From positions 248,001 through 312,000 of the forward strand of contig NW_019029003.1 in NCBI RefSeq assembly GCF_002105155.1: a DNA stretch of 64,000 nucleotides, in the 5' to 3' direction. The notes beneath the pieces were generated by a model. That model had not been told where the DNA came from. It searched no databases and saw nothing but the letters and a program-made list of their open reading frames with translations. Source of the DNA: Lobosporangium transversale (taxonomy: Eukaryota). Both the position numbers and the translations under genes were made by a program. This document shows positions 1-13,089 of the stretch, one piece after another (position 1 is the stretch's first letter; each line of letters starts with the position of its first letter).

Positions 1-93
1 ATTCATTCCAAGGATCCTCTCACCTTTTCATCCGCTCAGGGTCTAGGTATAGATAGCCACCAACATGGAGCTCCTTTATTAGTTGATTATAAT

Positions 94-2935
94 ATGATGG
101 CTCAACAGCGTCAACCAAATTGTCATGGCAATCAAAAATATCAGCAACTGCCATCGCTAAGGGCATTCTCAGAGCTCTCATCACATATTCAGCAGGATCA
201 CGTCCATGAACTAAATAGCAGTATTTATGATCGTGGTCATACTTTGTGTTACAGCGATACGTGTAAGCCGATAATGAATAGACACAAGTCTGGAGAAAAT
301 AAGCGATATACTTCTGAAAGTACTACTCATCCTAATAATGTGCAGGATGATATAGCAGTGGACAGTTTGATTAATCACCATTGCCAGAGAGCGGATAGTT
401 TGCTCGTTCATCATGAACGTGCACTGGGGTCAAGGAAGACGCCAATCATGCAGCTTACGAGTGGAGCAGCCTATCCGAGTCCTCCAAGCCTTCCTAGTCC
501 TGAGGCAATAGTCTCTGCACAATTACCAACACCTTCTATCGCCCCTGCTGAGCCCTTAGAGCATGTTCAGGAGTCCAGCAGACCACCTATCTACCATGGA
601 ACGAACAATCACCAGCTTGAAGGCCACTATGACCAAAATTTCTGTTCCAACCCATGGACCCAATCTCCTATCGAACAGGATCAGCAGATACAACGTCTTC
701 CTTCCATATCTAGTCCTGAAGGCAGTGGGGACAGGAAGGTCGGTGCATCCCGCTTATGCCCATCTATGCTACATCTTGGTATACATTCGCCCCTGAGTTC
801 AAACCAGCCCTCACCCGTCGAACCGTTCCAACCAATACACGTCTCAGCTTTTCAACAACATCACCATCATAACCAACACCAATATGAACCTCCTCTGTCG
901 CCAAATTTACCATATAATCAAGAGACTAGTCCACTTATTTATCGCTCACGCCACCAGTATGATCCGTTTGCAGAGGCTGATGAAAACTTTACGAGGCCAT
1001 CCTCACTCTACACGCCGACTGCTCAAAGTTGTGGTCTCAAGTCAACACCTGTGTCTCTATGGAAGAAGACTGTCTGGGTAATTTTTACAGCATCAATTTT
1101 TCTGCTTCCGTACTGTGTCCTCAAGGCCTGTTTCCATCTTCAAGTATCTGCTGGAGCTTGGCAGACCTCTGTCACATATGGTATGCTCATGGCGGCGGAT
1201 TTCGTTGCGGTAATCTTGTTTTCAGCTTTAAACCGTCAAAAAACCAACCATCGTGTTAAGAATCGTGATTCCCATTGGATTGGCGTCAGCACAGGGATTC
1301 TGGCAGTCGGATACCGTGAGGATCCGATCTTGTTGGAAGGTTGTCTCAAAAGCCTGAGGGCCATGCGATATCAGCGGAATCAGCGAATATTGTTAGTGGT
1401 GGATGGAAACGAACCTCAGGACGAATACATGGCTCAGGTGTTCATGAAGGTCTTTAGAAAACAAGGCGCAGCTGTCTTTCGCCCTCAATTCCTTTGTATG
1501 GATAGGGCATCGGACGATAAAGAGCGAGGGGATTTGATTAGACAAATTGCGTACAATTCTGGTCCTGTTTGTGTGATGCAGCCTCATCGTAGCAAGCGAA
1601 GCGCAATGTATACTGGGTTTGCAGCACTTTTACAGCAGGGAGTAGACGCAGTTGTTGTGACAGATTCAGATACTTTCCTTGATCCGGCCGTCTGCAAAGG
1701 TAATTCATTAGTGAAGTCCCCCTCTCAAACAAATATCAAAGATATTCACAGGTACTAGCTTTTCAAAACAGAATTAGCATTCGCACTAGCAGAGTCCCCC
1801 ATCATTGGGGCCGCTACTGGGGACGTCCGGATCTACAATACGGGAACTTGGGTCTCATTCCTCTCCTCAGTTCGTTATTGGTTCGCGTTCAATCTGGAAC
1901 GAGGTGCTCAGTCCTACCATTCGGTCGTTAACTGCGTTTCAGGGCCTCTAGGGATCTATCGAATGTCAATCATCGCCGATGTAATGGACAAATGGGTTCA
2001 CCAATCATTCTTGGGTGTCCTCTGTACCTATGGTGACGACCGTCATCTTACCAACTTGGTACTTAGAGAGGGATACAAGGTCAAGTTCTCACATCACGCC
2101 ATCTGCTACACTGATACACCTATCCGTTTCATTGCTTGGGTGACCCAACAGACTCGTTGGTCGAAATCATTCTTCCGAGAGATCCCAATCCAGCTGGGAT
2201 GCATCCAACTGCATAGCCCTTGGATGACTTATGCACTACTGTACCAGTTGATCTACCCTATGATGATGGTTTATAGCCTAGTAAACTGCATTTACTTTGG
2301 CACAGGGTCTCAAATCTCATGGTGGATGGTCTCAATAATGTTCGTTGGAGTGATGAAGACTCTATATGCTGTCTCTGTAACAGGCGACAAAAAGTTTTTC
2401 TTTACGACTGCGTATGGGTTCCTGTACATACTCGGTTATGTGCCTGCCAAGATTTTCGCTGCATTAACGCTTTACGATAATTCTTGGGGAACTAGGTAAG
2501 AGCTTGGATAGCCAAAAAAGAAAGAAAGAAAATATTAGAGAAATTCATTCTTTTTTTTTGTATGTGCTCCCCTCTTCTAGTGCACGATTAATTCGCCACT
2601 TCACACAATTCCAAAGCTACATTGCTCCGGTCACGTGGGGGGCGATACTCTTCTTGGGCATCATCCACAATCCATCGCGTTTCCTGCAGCCAGCTCCTAC
2701 CCTTGAAAACCAAGTGGCACCGTATATTTTGACAGATAGGCTGGTGGTCCAAGTACTGATCTGTTTTGGCTTGGCTTATCTGGGATTGTACTTCTGGTTC
2801 TTTGTTCGAACAGGCATCATCCACCGTGACTACAAGCGCGACTTTTCGTACGAGGAGCTGTATGAGAACATGACCACCTATGCCTTTATAGATACTGAAG
2901 GCGGTAAACGGAAAGTAGCAAGATTTGAAGTGTAG
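94..2935 (+). CDS. Hyaluronan synthase-like (HAS/NodC/DG42 class) GT2 membrane glycosyltransferase, 3 exons
   Basis: Exons 94-1699, 1772-2495, 2581-2935 with in-phase GT-AG introns. Motifs: GYREDP, VVDGN, TDSDT, GDVRIYN, SFLSSVRYWFAFNLERGAQS, CVSGPLGIYR, YGDDRHLTN, QQTRWSKSFFRE (QxxRW), WGTSAR. N- and C-terminal hydrophobic segments, plus a ~320-aa low-complexity N-terminal extension, so the true start is uncertain. Confidence 0.9.
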
Positions 2936-2948
2936 ACTAAGCCTCCAT

Positions 2949-5900
2949 AGATTTATTAGTATCATTCATGTAAATACAGCCACGCAATATGCCCCTTGTG
3001 CTTAAGAACCATAAAGGACTCAGTTTTGTTCATACACTGTAGGTTTATTTGTTGCTTTTGCTCATGTCATTCAAGTATTTAAATTTGATAGTTCAGCCAT
3101 CGTTCCTTCAGTGTCCACCATATCTTCGTCGTCACCACCTACTTTCTGGTTTCTAGTTAGTTTCTTCGTAAGTGGATCTGCTCCTCCAGGAATAAAGTCT
3201 CCTAAAGTCAATGCGATACTCTGACCACCGGAGCCTGCTTCACACAACTCGTCAGCCAACGCTATATACCGCGCCTCTAGGGCCTTGACATCTTCGGCCT
3301 CTGCCAAAACCTTGCCTGCAAACCTTAGCACCACCTGACCCATCCATTTCTTCAAGAACAAAGCTGTCATTTTCTCAATCATCTGAGCCTCACGCTGACC
3401 TTCAATCCGAGCCTCTTCACGGACCTCATGCAATAAATATTCGGCCATGTCCAGAGCCAGAGACAGAGGCGGAGCCCAGATATAGGTGAAATCATCCGCA
3501 CCTGGCTCTCGAGCTACATTGAAGGCCGCCGCTAACTGTGTTGCTGCTTTCTCAGCCGTTAATGTAGCTCCTGGTGCTGTCAGTGCCAGTCGCATAAACT
3601 CGAGACACACAAACGGACGCATCAGCACAAACTTGGCCTTCCCAGCAAGAGTCTCAACCGCACTTGCACGGTAACCTTCAAGAAGAGCCGGCGATACACT
3701 CTTCTGTGCATTGGCTTGGACAGCTATTTGACCACCCATCAGTTCAGATATAGTCAAAAGAACAATGAGAGAGAGAGAGAGAGAGTAAAGAATGAATGTT
3801 AGATTTGCAGGCTTCTCTCCAGTTATGTGAGTCAAGAAAAGAGAAATGTAGTGGGACTGAGGGGATAAGAGGGAGAGAGGTAAAGATAGAGATAGAGATG
3901 CAGAGAGAGGGCCAAATCCTTCAAGACTAACCTTGGTCCAGCTTCTTCAAGTATTCAGAGCTGCCTACAGTTTTTTCCCAGTAAGCATCCAGCTCCTTAA
4001 GTGTCTTCGGGTTATTGTTGAGGTGCTCTACCTCCATTGCCAAATCCGAATTGCCTCGGAATGGAAACCATTGGCCACGAGCGATATTCAAAGGGAGGTC
4101 TTGTGGCTGCATGAATGGAGTCAGATCCAGAGCATCCAGGCTGCCATTCAGGAAGGCTTCGAGGATTAAGACGCTTGCTGGTGAAATGCCATAGCCGCTA
4201 CTGAACGCCTCAGATCCACTTCCCATGCCTGTAGTATTCCCTAAGGCAATGGCTTGAGGTCCAAATTCAACAAGTTCATCAAGAGGCTTGCGTGTAGATA
4301 TACTAACAGGGATTGTGCCTCTTTCGATATCGATTACAAGGAGCTCATGAAGCATTGGGCCGACTTCTTTGGGGAAAGCGGCACACATCAAAGAAGTATC
4401 AGCTAACAGCATACGGTGGACAATAGCAGTGTCTGGCCCGTTCTTTCCTGCTGTTTGCGCTCGCTGAACCAATGTTGAAAACGCTTCTTGCATAGATGTG
4501 ATTTGCTCCATCGTCAACTGGCCATTATTTGCTTCACGCACAAGAGCTAGCTCACCTAGGAGGATAGTTGAGATCATATCTCGTTTCATTGAATAGAAGC
4601 TGGTATTCTCTGCAGTCGCCAGTCGATCCATAAATGCAGTAATCTCCTTCAGCGGAAAGACCCCAATGGCATTCGTCAGAATATGCAAGGCGACAAGGTC
4701 TCCATGAACCCAGTCGGCCAATTCTTCGCTAGGCTCCATGAGAGCCTTACCAAGAGTTCTCTTGAGCTCTGCGTTGTTCCATCCCTTGTGAAGAAGCGAA
4801 TATATAACCCACGAAATGACAGTGGCTCCATCGTCTGTAGATAGGAACTTATTGCTCAAGTCAGCAATACGTATAAGCAATCGAAGGACCTCTTGGTTAA
4901 TCTGTGCTTGCGTCATATTTTCCTGAGGGTTAAACAGTGCAATCTCTCTTCCTAAGATTGTCACCCATAAAACCGATTCCATTCCTTGAGAGAGAAGGGG
5001 GCGAACTGGATCCATTTCATTGCCGATGAAGGTACCAGCCTTCTCAGCAGCGTCAAAATTATAAAGTGTAAAGTTGTTGGCCAATTGAAGGCTTTCAATT
5101 CGATCAAGCGCTAGCTTGCGGAAGCCACGTCGTCGGCTCTTGTCTAGGAATACGTCCACTTGATCCTGTATATAACCAATGAGCTCTTCCCAGCATGTGT
5201 TACTGTTGTCATTTTTGATATTGGCCTTGCTGCTATCATCACCGACCTGAGCGTTCGCTATTTTACCTGCAATTTCCACACCAATGCAGCGAGCGATACC
5301 AAGACCAAACAGCTTCCAAAGTGAATATGGGTCATCATCTAGGGACATCTTAGCCGCTTCCTGTCGCCATTCTTTAGCAAAGTGTAAAGCATACTTGAAG
5401 GTTATCCACCCACTCTCCTGAGCAAGCATTTGCAACGTCAGGACTCTGACTTCAATTAGATCTTTGTCCCTCGCACTGTCACCTTCAGGAACAGCAGCCA
5501 TAGGGATAAGGACATCACTGACATAACGGTCGATAATACGTTCAGGGACAATGTCTTTGGATAGAGCTGTTAATGTTGCGTTATAATGAGGAGTGCGGGT
5601 TACATTGCCAGAGTACACAGTAGGCACTGATCCACTGTGTTTGTATGAAGGGGACACTGCAAGAAGGACCAATGCAACCCCTGATTTTTTATGATAGGTA
5701 GACTGAGCGACAGTAGATAAAGTAGTCCAGATCCACTCTGTGGTGGCTTTATAGCGCTCCTCTCTGCCTTCTGATCCGGTAAGTAAGCGAATCAGTGATT
5801 GCAAGGTAACCACTCTGACATCTTGATGGAGGTCCCGACGTGCTAACAGATCCTCAATCAGCGAGCTGACTTTTGGATCCACCAGCAGAGACATACTCGA

Positions 5901-8900
5901 CAGTACCAAACGAATGCCTTCCTTCTGAACAGTGACCTTTTGTTGGCGCTGTCCAGAGGATGGGAAAAGCGGTATGATAAAGTCAGGGATTTGCTGAACA
6001 GGGACACACTTGAGCGCATTCTCAACTGCATGAATGGATGTACGAGCGACATGAGATTGAAGGTAGACTGGAGCCATGAGGAGCTGAAGTGTGCTTGCGG
6101 GTTCTCCCAGGGTCGGAAGGAACATCAGCAATGCCTCGACAATGCGTGATGGTAAAGATGGAGTGTTCAGAGCATTGGCAACATCTTCCACTGTTGTTGT
6201 CGGCATACTCATAAAGGCCTTAGCATGCTGAACACGGGATTGGAATGGAGCCGAGCTGTTGGTCATTCCTGACAAGTGTCTGGCCTTGAGCATCTCACTT
6301 TGCTGTGGGTTTAGCTCAAAGGGGATCTTCACAAATAAAAGGTCCCATGGATCTGGGGTCTCTATTTGATTGAATAGTCCAGGAATACTCTTGGTCATCG
6401 ACAGATGGTCATTTGTCAAAAGATCCGGCCGCTGTGCGCAAACATAATCTAGGACAGCAGGGAGGTGAATAGCTGATGGAGATTTGTTCAAGAGTCCGAC
6501 CATGAGTTGCTCGTATCGATTATGGTCACGCTTGCCGCCTGGGAACACACACTCATTCACACGTGCCTTTACTTCCCCTTCATATGCAGTTGATCCTAAT
6601 CGAAGATCGCGGTACAGTGTGTACCATGACAGATTGCCAAGATTCTTTTGAACCCACTCTTCCTGTGTATAGATCTCACGTACATGCTGGATATAGTTCG
6701 ATGAACTTGATAGGAACTCGTCGTCTTTCCAGTTTAGGACAGTATCCTTTCCGAATACTAAAGTCGGAGCACTTGCTAGGACATCCAAGGTCTCATGCAG
6801 ATACTCCACAAGCGTCGGTGAATTCTTCCATCGCCATCCTAGATCATCATGAAGGCTATAGCAAATGTTTTGCCAGAAGATCTTTTGGGACGACTTGAAC
6901 GCTTCAACAGAGTCACTTGTAATATCTGGGGCCATTAGTGCCTTCACAGTGAGCCAGCGGCTATGGTAAGCATTGATCTTGGCCTGCACATATGTCTCCT
7001 CCTGTCCTTCTTCGATAAGGTGTAGACCCCATGCACCACCCTCAGTTTTGTATGTCTCATTTTCTTTGGCAATTGCCTTTCGTCTAGCAATCTCATGTTG
7101 CTCATTGCGTTCATGGACATCCTGGCCGTAAGTAGGGTTGCTAAAGGACAGGTCAAAGTACTTAAAAGCATTTACATCGCCATGGACATTAACCACTCGT
7201 CGCCAGCGGATCTCTGTTCCCATTTGGAAGAATGGGTGAGAGTCATTGTTTGCGAAGCGCGAAAGAGCGGCATCGCCAATAGAGTCCAAAAACCTTGTAA
7301 TCTGTGAAACTGGTGTGATAGCAGCCGAATTCTAATAAAGTTGATGGTGTTAGAAAGACATATATGTCATTTCCTTGCTCAAGGATATTGCTATCTTTTC
7401 TTTCCCTTCTTTCCTGCAAAAGAAAAAGAAATATGAAATATGTGCTGTTACCTGTGCGTCCATGGCGAGGTACAATGCGGATAGCTCATTAGCTTGCTGC
7501 AGATCTGCGTCATCTAGGTATTGCCTCGGGATAATATGGTCGCGTAGGAACAGACTTGGCGCAAAAGCCATGAGGTTGGGCTGAATTTCATTGCGGATCC
7601 TTTGCGATGATAAGGTTTCCAAAAATAAAAATTAAAAAAAAACGGGTTACAGGTTAGAAAAAACCAGGAGCACATAAAGGTTTAGTTCATCATAGCTTGG
7701 AAGACTGAGACTATGTAACTCACTTGGGAATCAGCCATTTCAGTGTTATGAGCCATTGGTTCACATCTTTTGTCATACGAGTTGCTTTCATAATAGCAGT
7801 AAGCCATTTAAGACGATCCTCAAAAGACGGCTTGGTCGTTTCCTTGACAAGCTGGGCCCGTACTTCTGGGACTTGGATATCGACAAAAGATGCCCAGTTG
7901 GATAGGTTGTCACCCAAATCCACTACTTTCTCTCTCCTGTCATAGAACACAAGTGGACGGACGATCTGTTGACGGAGTTCAGCATTGGTGCAGAGAGCCT
8001 CCAACATCGGGTATACAGATACGCCTTGGTCCTTCTCGATCAAAGGCTTAAAACTGGGTAGTGCAATGATCCATTGGACTACCTCATCGCGCTGAGCTTG
8101 TGTCAAGCTTGGGCCCAGCTTGCTAAAGTGCTCGATCCATGTAGAGTCCAGCTGAATCATTGCTTTTCCTGTCCTATTCAGGCAGTTAGCGACACAAGTC
8201 TGGAACACAGCAGAGTTGTCCCAAGAGGGAACAGAACTAAAGGGTTGCACAAAGGCGTCATCAGATAGAGCATAGACGCTTTTATCTGAAGGTGCAAGGA
8301 CAGCCAAGAGATCTTCAACTATGGAGATTACAGCACTATCCTTGCGTGTCTTGGTTTTGAACATTGGCTGGAGCTGATCGAAGATAGTTTCAGCCAGTGG
8401 AGGGAAGCGCTTTATATGTGACAGTTTGTGAGCTTCCCAGTAGTTGGAGGACTGTCGAAACAATGGATTGAATATCTTCCTGCAAAGACGAACATTGACC
8501 GCATCATCATCCACATCTTGGATACGGAGAGCTTCCAAGGCAGGAGAGAAAAGCTCTGGGATGAGCTCTCGTAATGTCTGGTGGAACTTCTGAGTTGAAT
8601 CAACACGATCCTTGTGTACAGAGCAGTTGACGACACGATGCACCAGGTTGTCTACACCTTTCACCACGAACTTGAGCACATTATTCAGACGCCTCACCCG
8701 TTGGTTGCCTTGTGTTTTAGAGCGAATCTTGAACTCATCTTGTTCAAGTACTTTCAAGGCAGCGCGTACCAGCCGAGTGACAGCAGGGCCGCGGAGGCAA
8801 CTGAACAGCTGAGGGATTTGGTCCTTCTTGAGGAGTTCTCCTTGACCAACATTGATCAGATCAAGAACGTACTTTTCTAACATTGCCTCGTGACGAGGAT

Positions 8901-10168
8901 GATGGCTCCAATGGTTCTGCGCCTTTCTGGTTTCATAAAGTTCGCTGGGGATATGGGCAGAGTACACCAGATTGGAACCACGAGCTTGATACGATGTCTG
9001 TTGAAGGATACGGAATGTTCTCTCGGCATCGTATTGAACAAAGAGAAGGATGTATTCTTTGATTAATGGAGCTAGCATAGGAGTCCTGACCTCGGGCTTG
9101 GCTTCATCCCAAGGGAACAATGGCGGATAGGTCTCTTGGAGGGTCAAGATAATGTCTTTGATTGACTCGCCGGGATCACAAGCGCCTTTTACATTTTGGT
9201 TGGCAACATCAATGATCTTGCTATATGCTTTCCACACTTTCTCACGCTCATATTCTGTTGCCTTTGCAAGTGCTTGTTTGAATCGAGTCGTGATGGGCTC
9301 TTTCTTATCAGCCTTATTCGCCTGTAGTGATAGAAGACAAAGAGGCAAGCTGAATCAGTTAATCATTGACTAGTTACAATAGTGCAGTATGAACAGCCAT
9401 CTCAAGTATCTACAGCTTACATACCGCGCGTGGCTTTCTCAAGATGTCATTGGCAAGGCCCTTGCGCTTCTGCTTGACCAAAGATGCTACAAGGGCATCG
9501 CGAACAGCAGGTGCAGTATCGGTCGTAGCAGCAAGGATTTCGACGTCCGAAGCAAAAGTGGCAATGCACTGGATCAATCGCTTTTTGCCCACTTGGTATG
9601 GATGGTTCAAATCAGCCAGCAAGAAGGCAATTGCTTCCTTGCAACCCTTCTGAGCTAAGGTCATGGCAATGATTTGACCAACCTGACGTTGTACGTAGCG
9701 AGATGATGCATTGGTCTGTGGAAACTGCAGAGAGACATCGTCGGCTTCAGGAGATGGATTTCCACCGTCAGCATACAAGGTGGTTTCATCCTGCGGAGGC
9801 CGCTGGATAGGAATAGAGAGAATGGTGGGAACAGTCTTGAGGAGTTCAGGTAGGAGAGAGAGGAGTGCTTCTTTATGGGTTTTGATGAGATTCTGGATAT
9901 AGGTATTGCGATGGCGGTAGCCTACAGTGTGGATAGTCTGCATCAATTCATGTTCTGAAGCAGGCAAAGCAGGTGCCTGTGGCACGTCTTTGGCAGCAAC
10001 CATTGATGAAGGTGGATTCACGGAGAAAAAGAATTAGCTGAATGAGTGAATGAATGAATAAAGGATTCAGATGATTCTCCTTCTACGTCCTGAGCAGAAG
10101 GAAGTGAGAGAAGAAAGAAAGAAGAAAGTCCATAAGTGTTGCCAGGAAAAAACTACTGAGCCCCCAGT
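2949..10168. repeat. 7.2-kb direct segmental repeat, copy A
   Basis: Matches 42787-50012 from AGATTTA(T/C)TAGTATCATTCATG to ACTGAGCCCCCAGT. Offset is 39838, then 39844 after a net 6-bp indel. Introns are included. Confidence 0.97.
3071..10003 (-). CDS. Uncharacterised ~2125-aa, probably alpha-helical protein, copy A, 5 exons
   Basis: Exons 10003-9425, 9321-7724, 7599-7452, 7331-3932, 3723-3071 are joined by in-phase GT-AG introns. Total 6378 nt with no internal stop. No catalytic motif recognised. Confidence 0.88.
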
Positions 10169-10384
10169 AGGCTTGACATGCGGGTTATTTGCACCGCCAT
10201 TTTTATTTTTATTTTTATTTTTTTACTGCAGTTGTGACACAGAAACGCGTCAATTTACGCCCTCAAGCCAATCTATATACTAAAGTCGTAAGGGTTTGTG
10301 ACTGTGTGCTAAGTAACTTTTTGGTCACGAGACACTACACACAAAAAAACCGGCCTCACCCGTAATAAAGCTGAGTTAATAAAC

Positions 10385-11413
10385 TAGGCTCGGTGCCATC
10401 CTGTCTGCAAAGCGGCAAGCCACCAATCACCGTTCCATAAATGGAAGGCGGGCTCTCTACTTTGCAGACAGGCTGGTCTCATACAGTGGAATCTCGATAA
10501 TTGTACATTTTTGTACAAATTTCGAATTTGATATATTTCTAGGCCATTGGTTGGCTAAGAGCCTCTCAATTCAAAAATACTATTGTAAGCTGACCTCTCT
10601 ATGTCAAACATGGCAGGAGGGCAGGTAAGTGACTGGCAAGTGAGGGAGATTGTAGCTAAAGGAAGGGATTGCAACTGAGGGAAGGTGATGGCGTAAGCTT
10701 GAAAAGATCTTGTGGTATTTTTTTTTTTTTCTTTTGTCAATCATCAAACACGACACAATCATAGCATCAGCCATCAAGCAAGTCCCTCTTCTCTAGTCCG
10801 TTCTATTCACGATGTCGGCTACTCTCTCGAGCAACAGACACAGCTGCAGCTGCATTGGTCCCTCTCTACCCTTAGGGCAGGGAGAGTTTAACAGCCATCT
10901 TCGCGGTGGCAAAATCCCACCATCTTCGCCATGGTGATGATTGTTAGTGACCAGCGCTGTCTCTGCAGTTGGTTTTCTGTCTGCTTCGAGATGGAGCAAG
11001 TCTTGATCCTTTTCACTGTCGCCTCTGTCATTCTCGCTGTCAATTGCCATAATAGTAACCACCTCAACATTTTTTCAGTCTACAGCTGATATAACATTTT
11101 GCCAGTACTCGATTCTAACTTTTTTTTTTTTTTTTTTTTTTTAATAATATTAATAATCATATTATTACTATTATCAATATTATAACATACAAGACAAAAG
11201 AAGGAGGATCCGGAGCATCCGCAGCCGCACATGGACAAGAATGTTTGGCCTTTGTTGTTCACTCACCACTCACTCCCTCATACTTATTCGATATATAACA
11301 TTTAATAAATCTACAGCTCGTCACTTTATTACTTTTTCCGGGGGGCTGGGAATGTGAAAAACCAAGTCTAAAAGTACTCCTCATGGATGGCACTTTGTGT
11401 GCATTGCATTACA
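10385..11413 (+). repeat. Left terminal inverted repeat (~1029 bp)
   Basis: Reverse complement of 16601-17632, visibly differing only in poly-T/A length. Mirrored ORFs in the six-frame track agree. Confidence 0.96.
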
Positions 11414-11536
11414 TTATGCTGTCCCGAGAGCTCCGTGCTTTACCGTTCCAAAAGATAAACGCTGCACTATTTATAAAAAGAGCTGAATCACCCATTATCC
11501 AATTATCCAACACTCTCAATCAACATTTTCTTCAAC

Positions 11537-13089
11537 ATGCCTAAATTCACTACTGCCAATAAAATTACTGCCAATAAGAAAAAGAGCAACTCTTCAAAAG
11601 TGTGTTCTCTCCCTTTCAATTAGATTGCCAAGTGCTGAAATAGCATTCCAAAAACATTGAACTGCCAACTAATATGCAACTAACATGCAACTAATAGGGA
11701 CTCTCTATTGTTACGAATCTCGTCGGCCGAGGAACAACATCTTGCCGCCTTTCCCATGAACACTTGATTATTAATAACGTAGATGTTTCGTTGAAGGCAA
11801 TGGAGGCGCGGGAAATATTTGTGAAGAAAGAAGCGACTTTGAAAAAAGCTGATGAGTTATTGTATGTCACTGTGTTCGCAACTGTGTTCGCAACTGTGTT
11901 CGTAGAGCGTGGAATGCGGAGTTGATACTTATATTAAAAACTCCCTTGCCGTAATATCTCTAGAACTCTCAACTTTATCTTTTCGAAATCAATTCTTAAA
12001 TCGCTGGTTAGTGACCAGGTTCTTGGAGAGATATTTGGGACCAGGAAAGTAACCAGGATACCCGAGGAACATTGCAGTTTCCTTAAAGGATGAACCCGAA
12101 CTGCGGGTACCCAGGATTATCAGCATTTCCAGGATAAGCTTTCCAAGGCACCAAATGCTGTCAGAAATTCGCTCACGTTCAAGGTAATCCAGAATATGAC
12201 CTGTACCGATCGAATATGGGGGACCAAGAAAGGCCAATCGCTCAATGAAGCGACATACCAGCATTTCTTCGTTACTCCTGTAATTGAGACGCTCCTGCAT
12301 GGATTGGGAGCAACAATTGCCATGTAATCACGAATTCATTTATAAGTATCTGCCAACCGGCAAAGTTTCCCCTAAAATCGTTTAACGCTCGATTTATGTC
12401 TTAACATCTGCTAGAGATTCTCGCCTCGAGGAGATGCCATCCCTGGATGCCAGTCTGGAAGAATTCCGACCCGACATCATCGCACGGGTAGATGACTTTC
12501 CAGTTCTCCTCGTGGAAGTGAAAAAACCTGGGATCAAGGCTGGGAAACTCCTATCGTTTGATTATCTCAAGCTGCTCTCCATGATGAAGCTGTCTTTAAA
12601 CAAGATGGTCTGGGGTAACATCAATAACCCAGTGGTTGTTGGTGTGCTTGTCCAAAGTAGGTTTCAAATATCTGTATTTTACGTATGCACATATATATGT
12701 TTTTTAACACTATAAAGCCAATGCGTTTTAGGTACAGCAATGAGATTTTACATGATGGAGTTGAGGTCCGAGGCACTATACATCCCGAAGGAAGTTGGTC
12801 GGATGCATTTGCCCACCGATAGATCAACTTTCTCACGGATGTGTGGTGGGCTTGGGATTCTGGAAGACGTGCAGGTACCCTTGTCATGTTCGAGCTTTGA
12901 TCCACATTGCATTATAAATTAGATCTATTATTAATCAGCTCAATGTTTTCTTGTTACTCGTAGCCGCTTGTACAGCGCGTGGCAGAGGCGGTTCGTGGGC
13001 GTCAGGCTTCGCCTCCTGGGCCTTCACCCCAAGAACCCCAAGATCTGAAATATACTCGCCCTTCGTATTTCATACGTCGTCGCGAATAA
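11537..13089 (+). pseudogene. Spliced PD-(D/E)XK restriction-endonuclease-fold protein (fungal REase-like), one in-frame stop
   Basis: Six inferred exons (~11537-11599, 11698-11861, 11964-12323, 12415-12657, 12732-12874, 12964-13089). Motifs: NEATYQHFFVTPVIETLL, FRPDII, LLVEVKKPG, DYLKLLSMMK, VVGVLVQ, FYMMELRSEALY. TGA at 12091-12093 interrupts exon 3. Confidence 0.65.
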
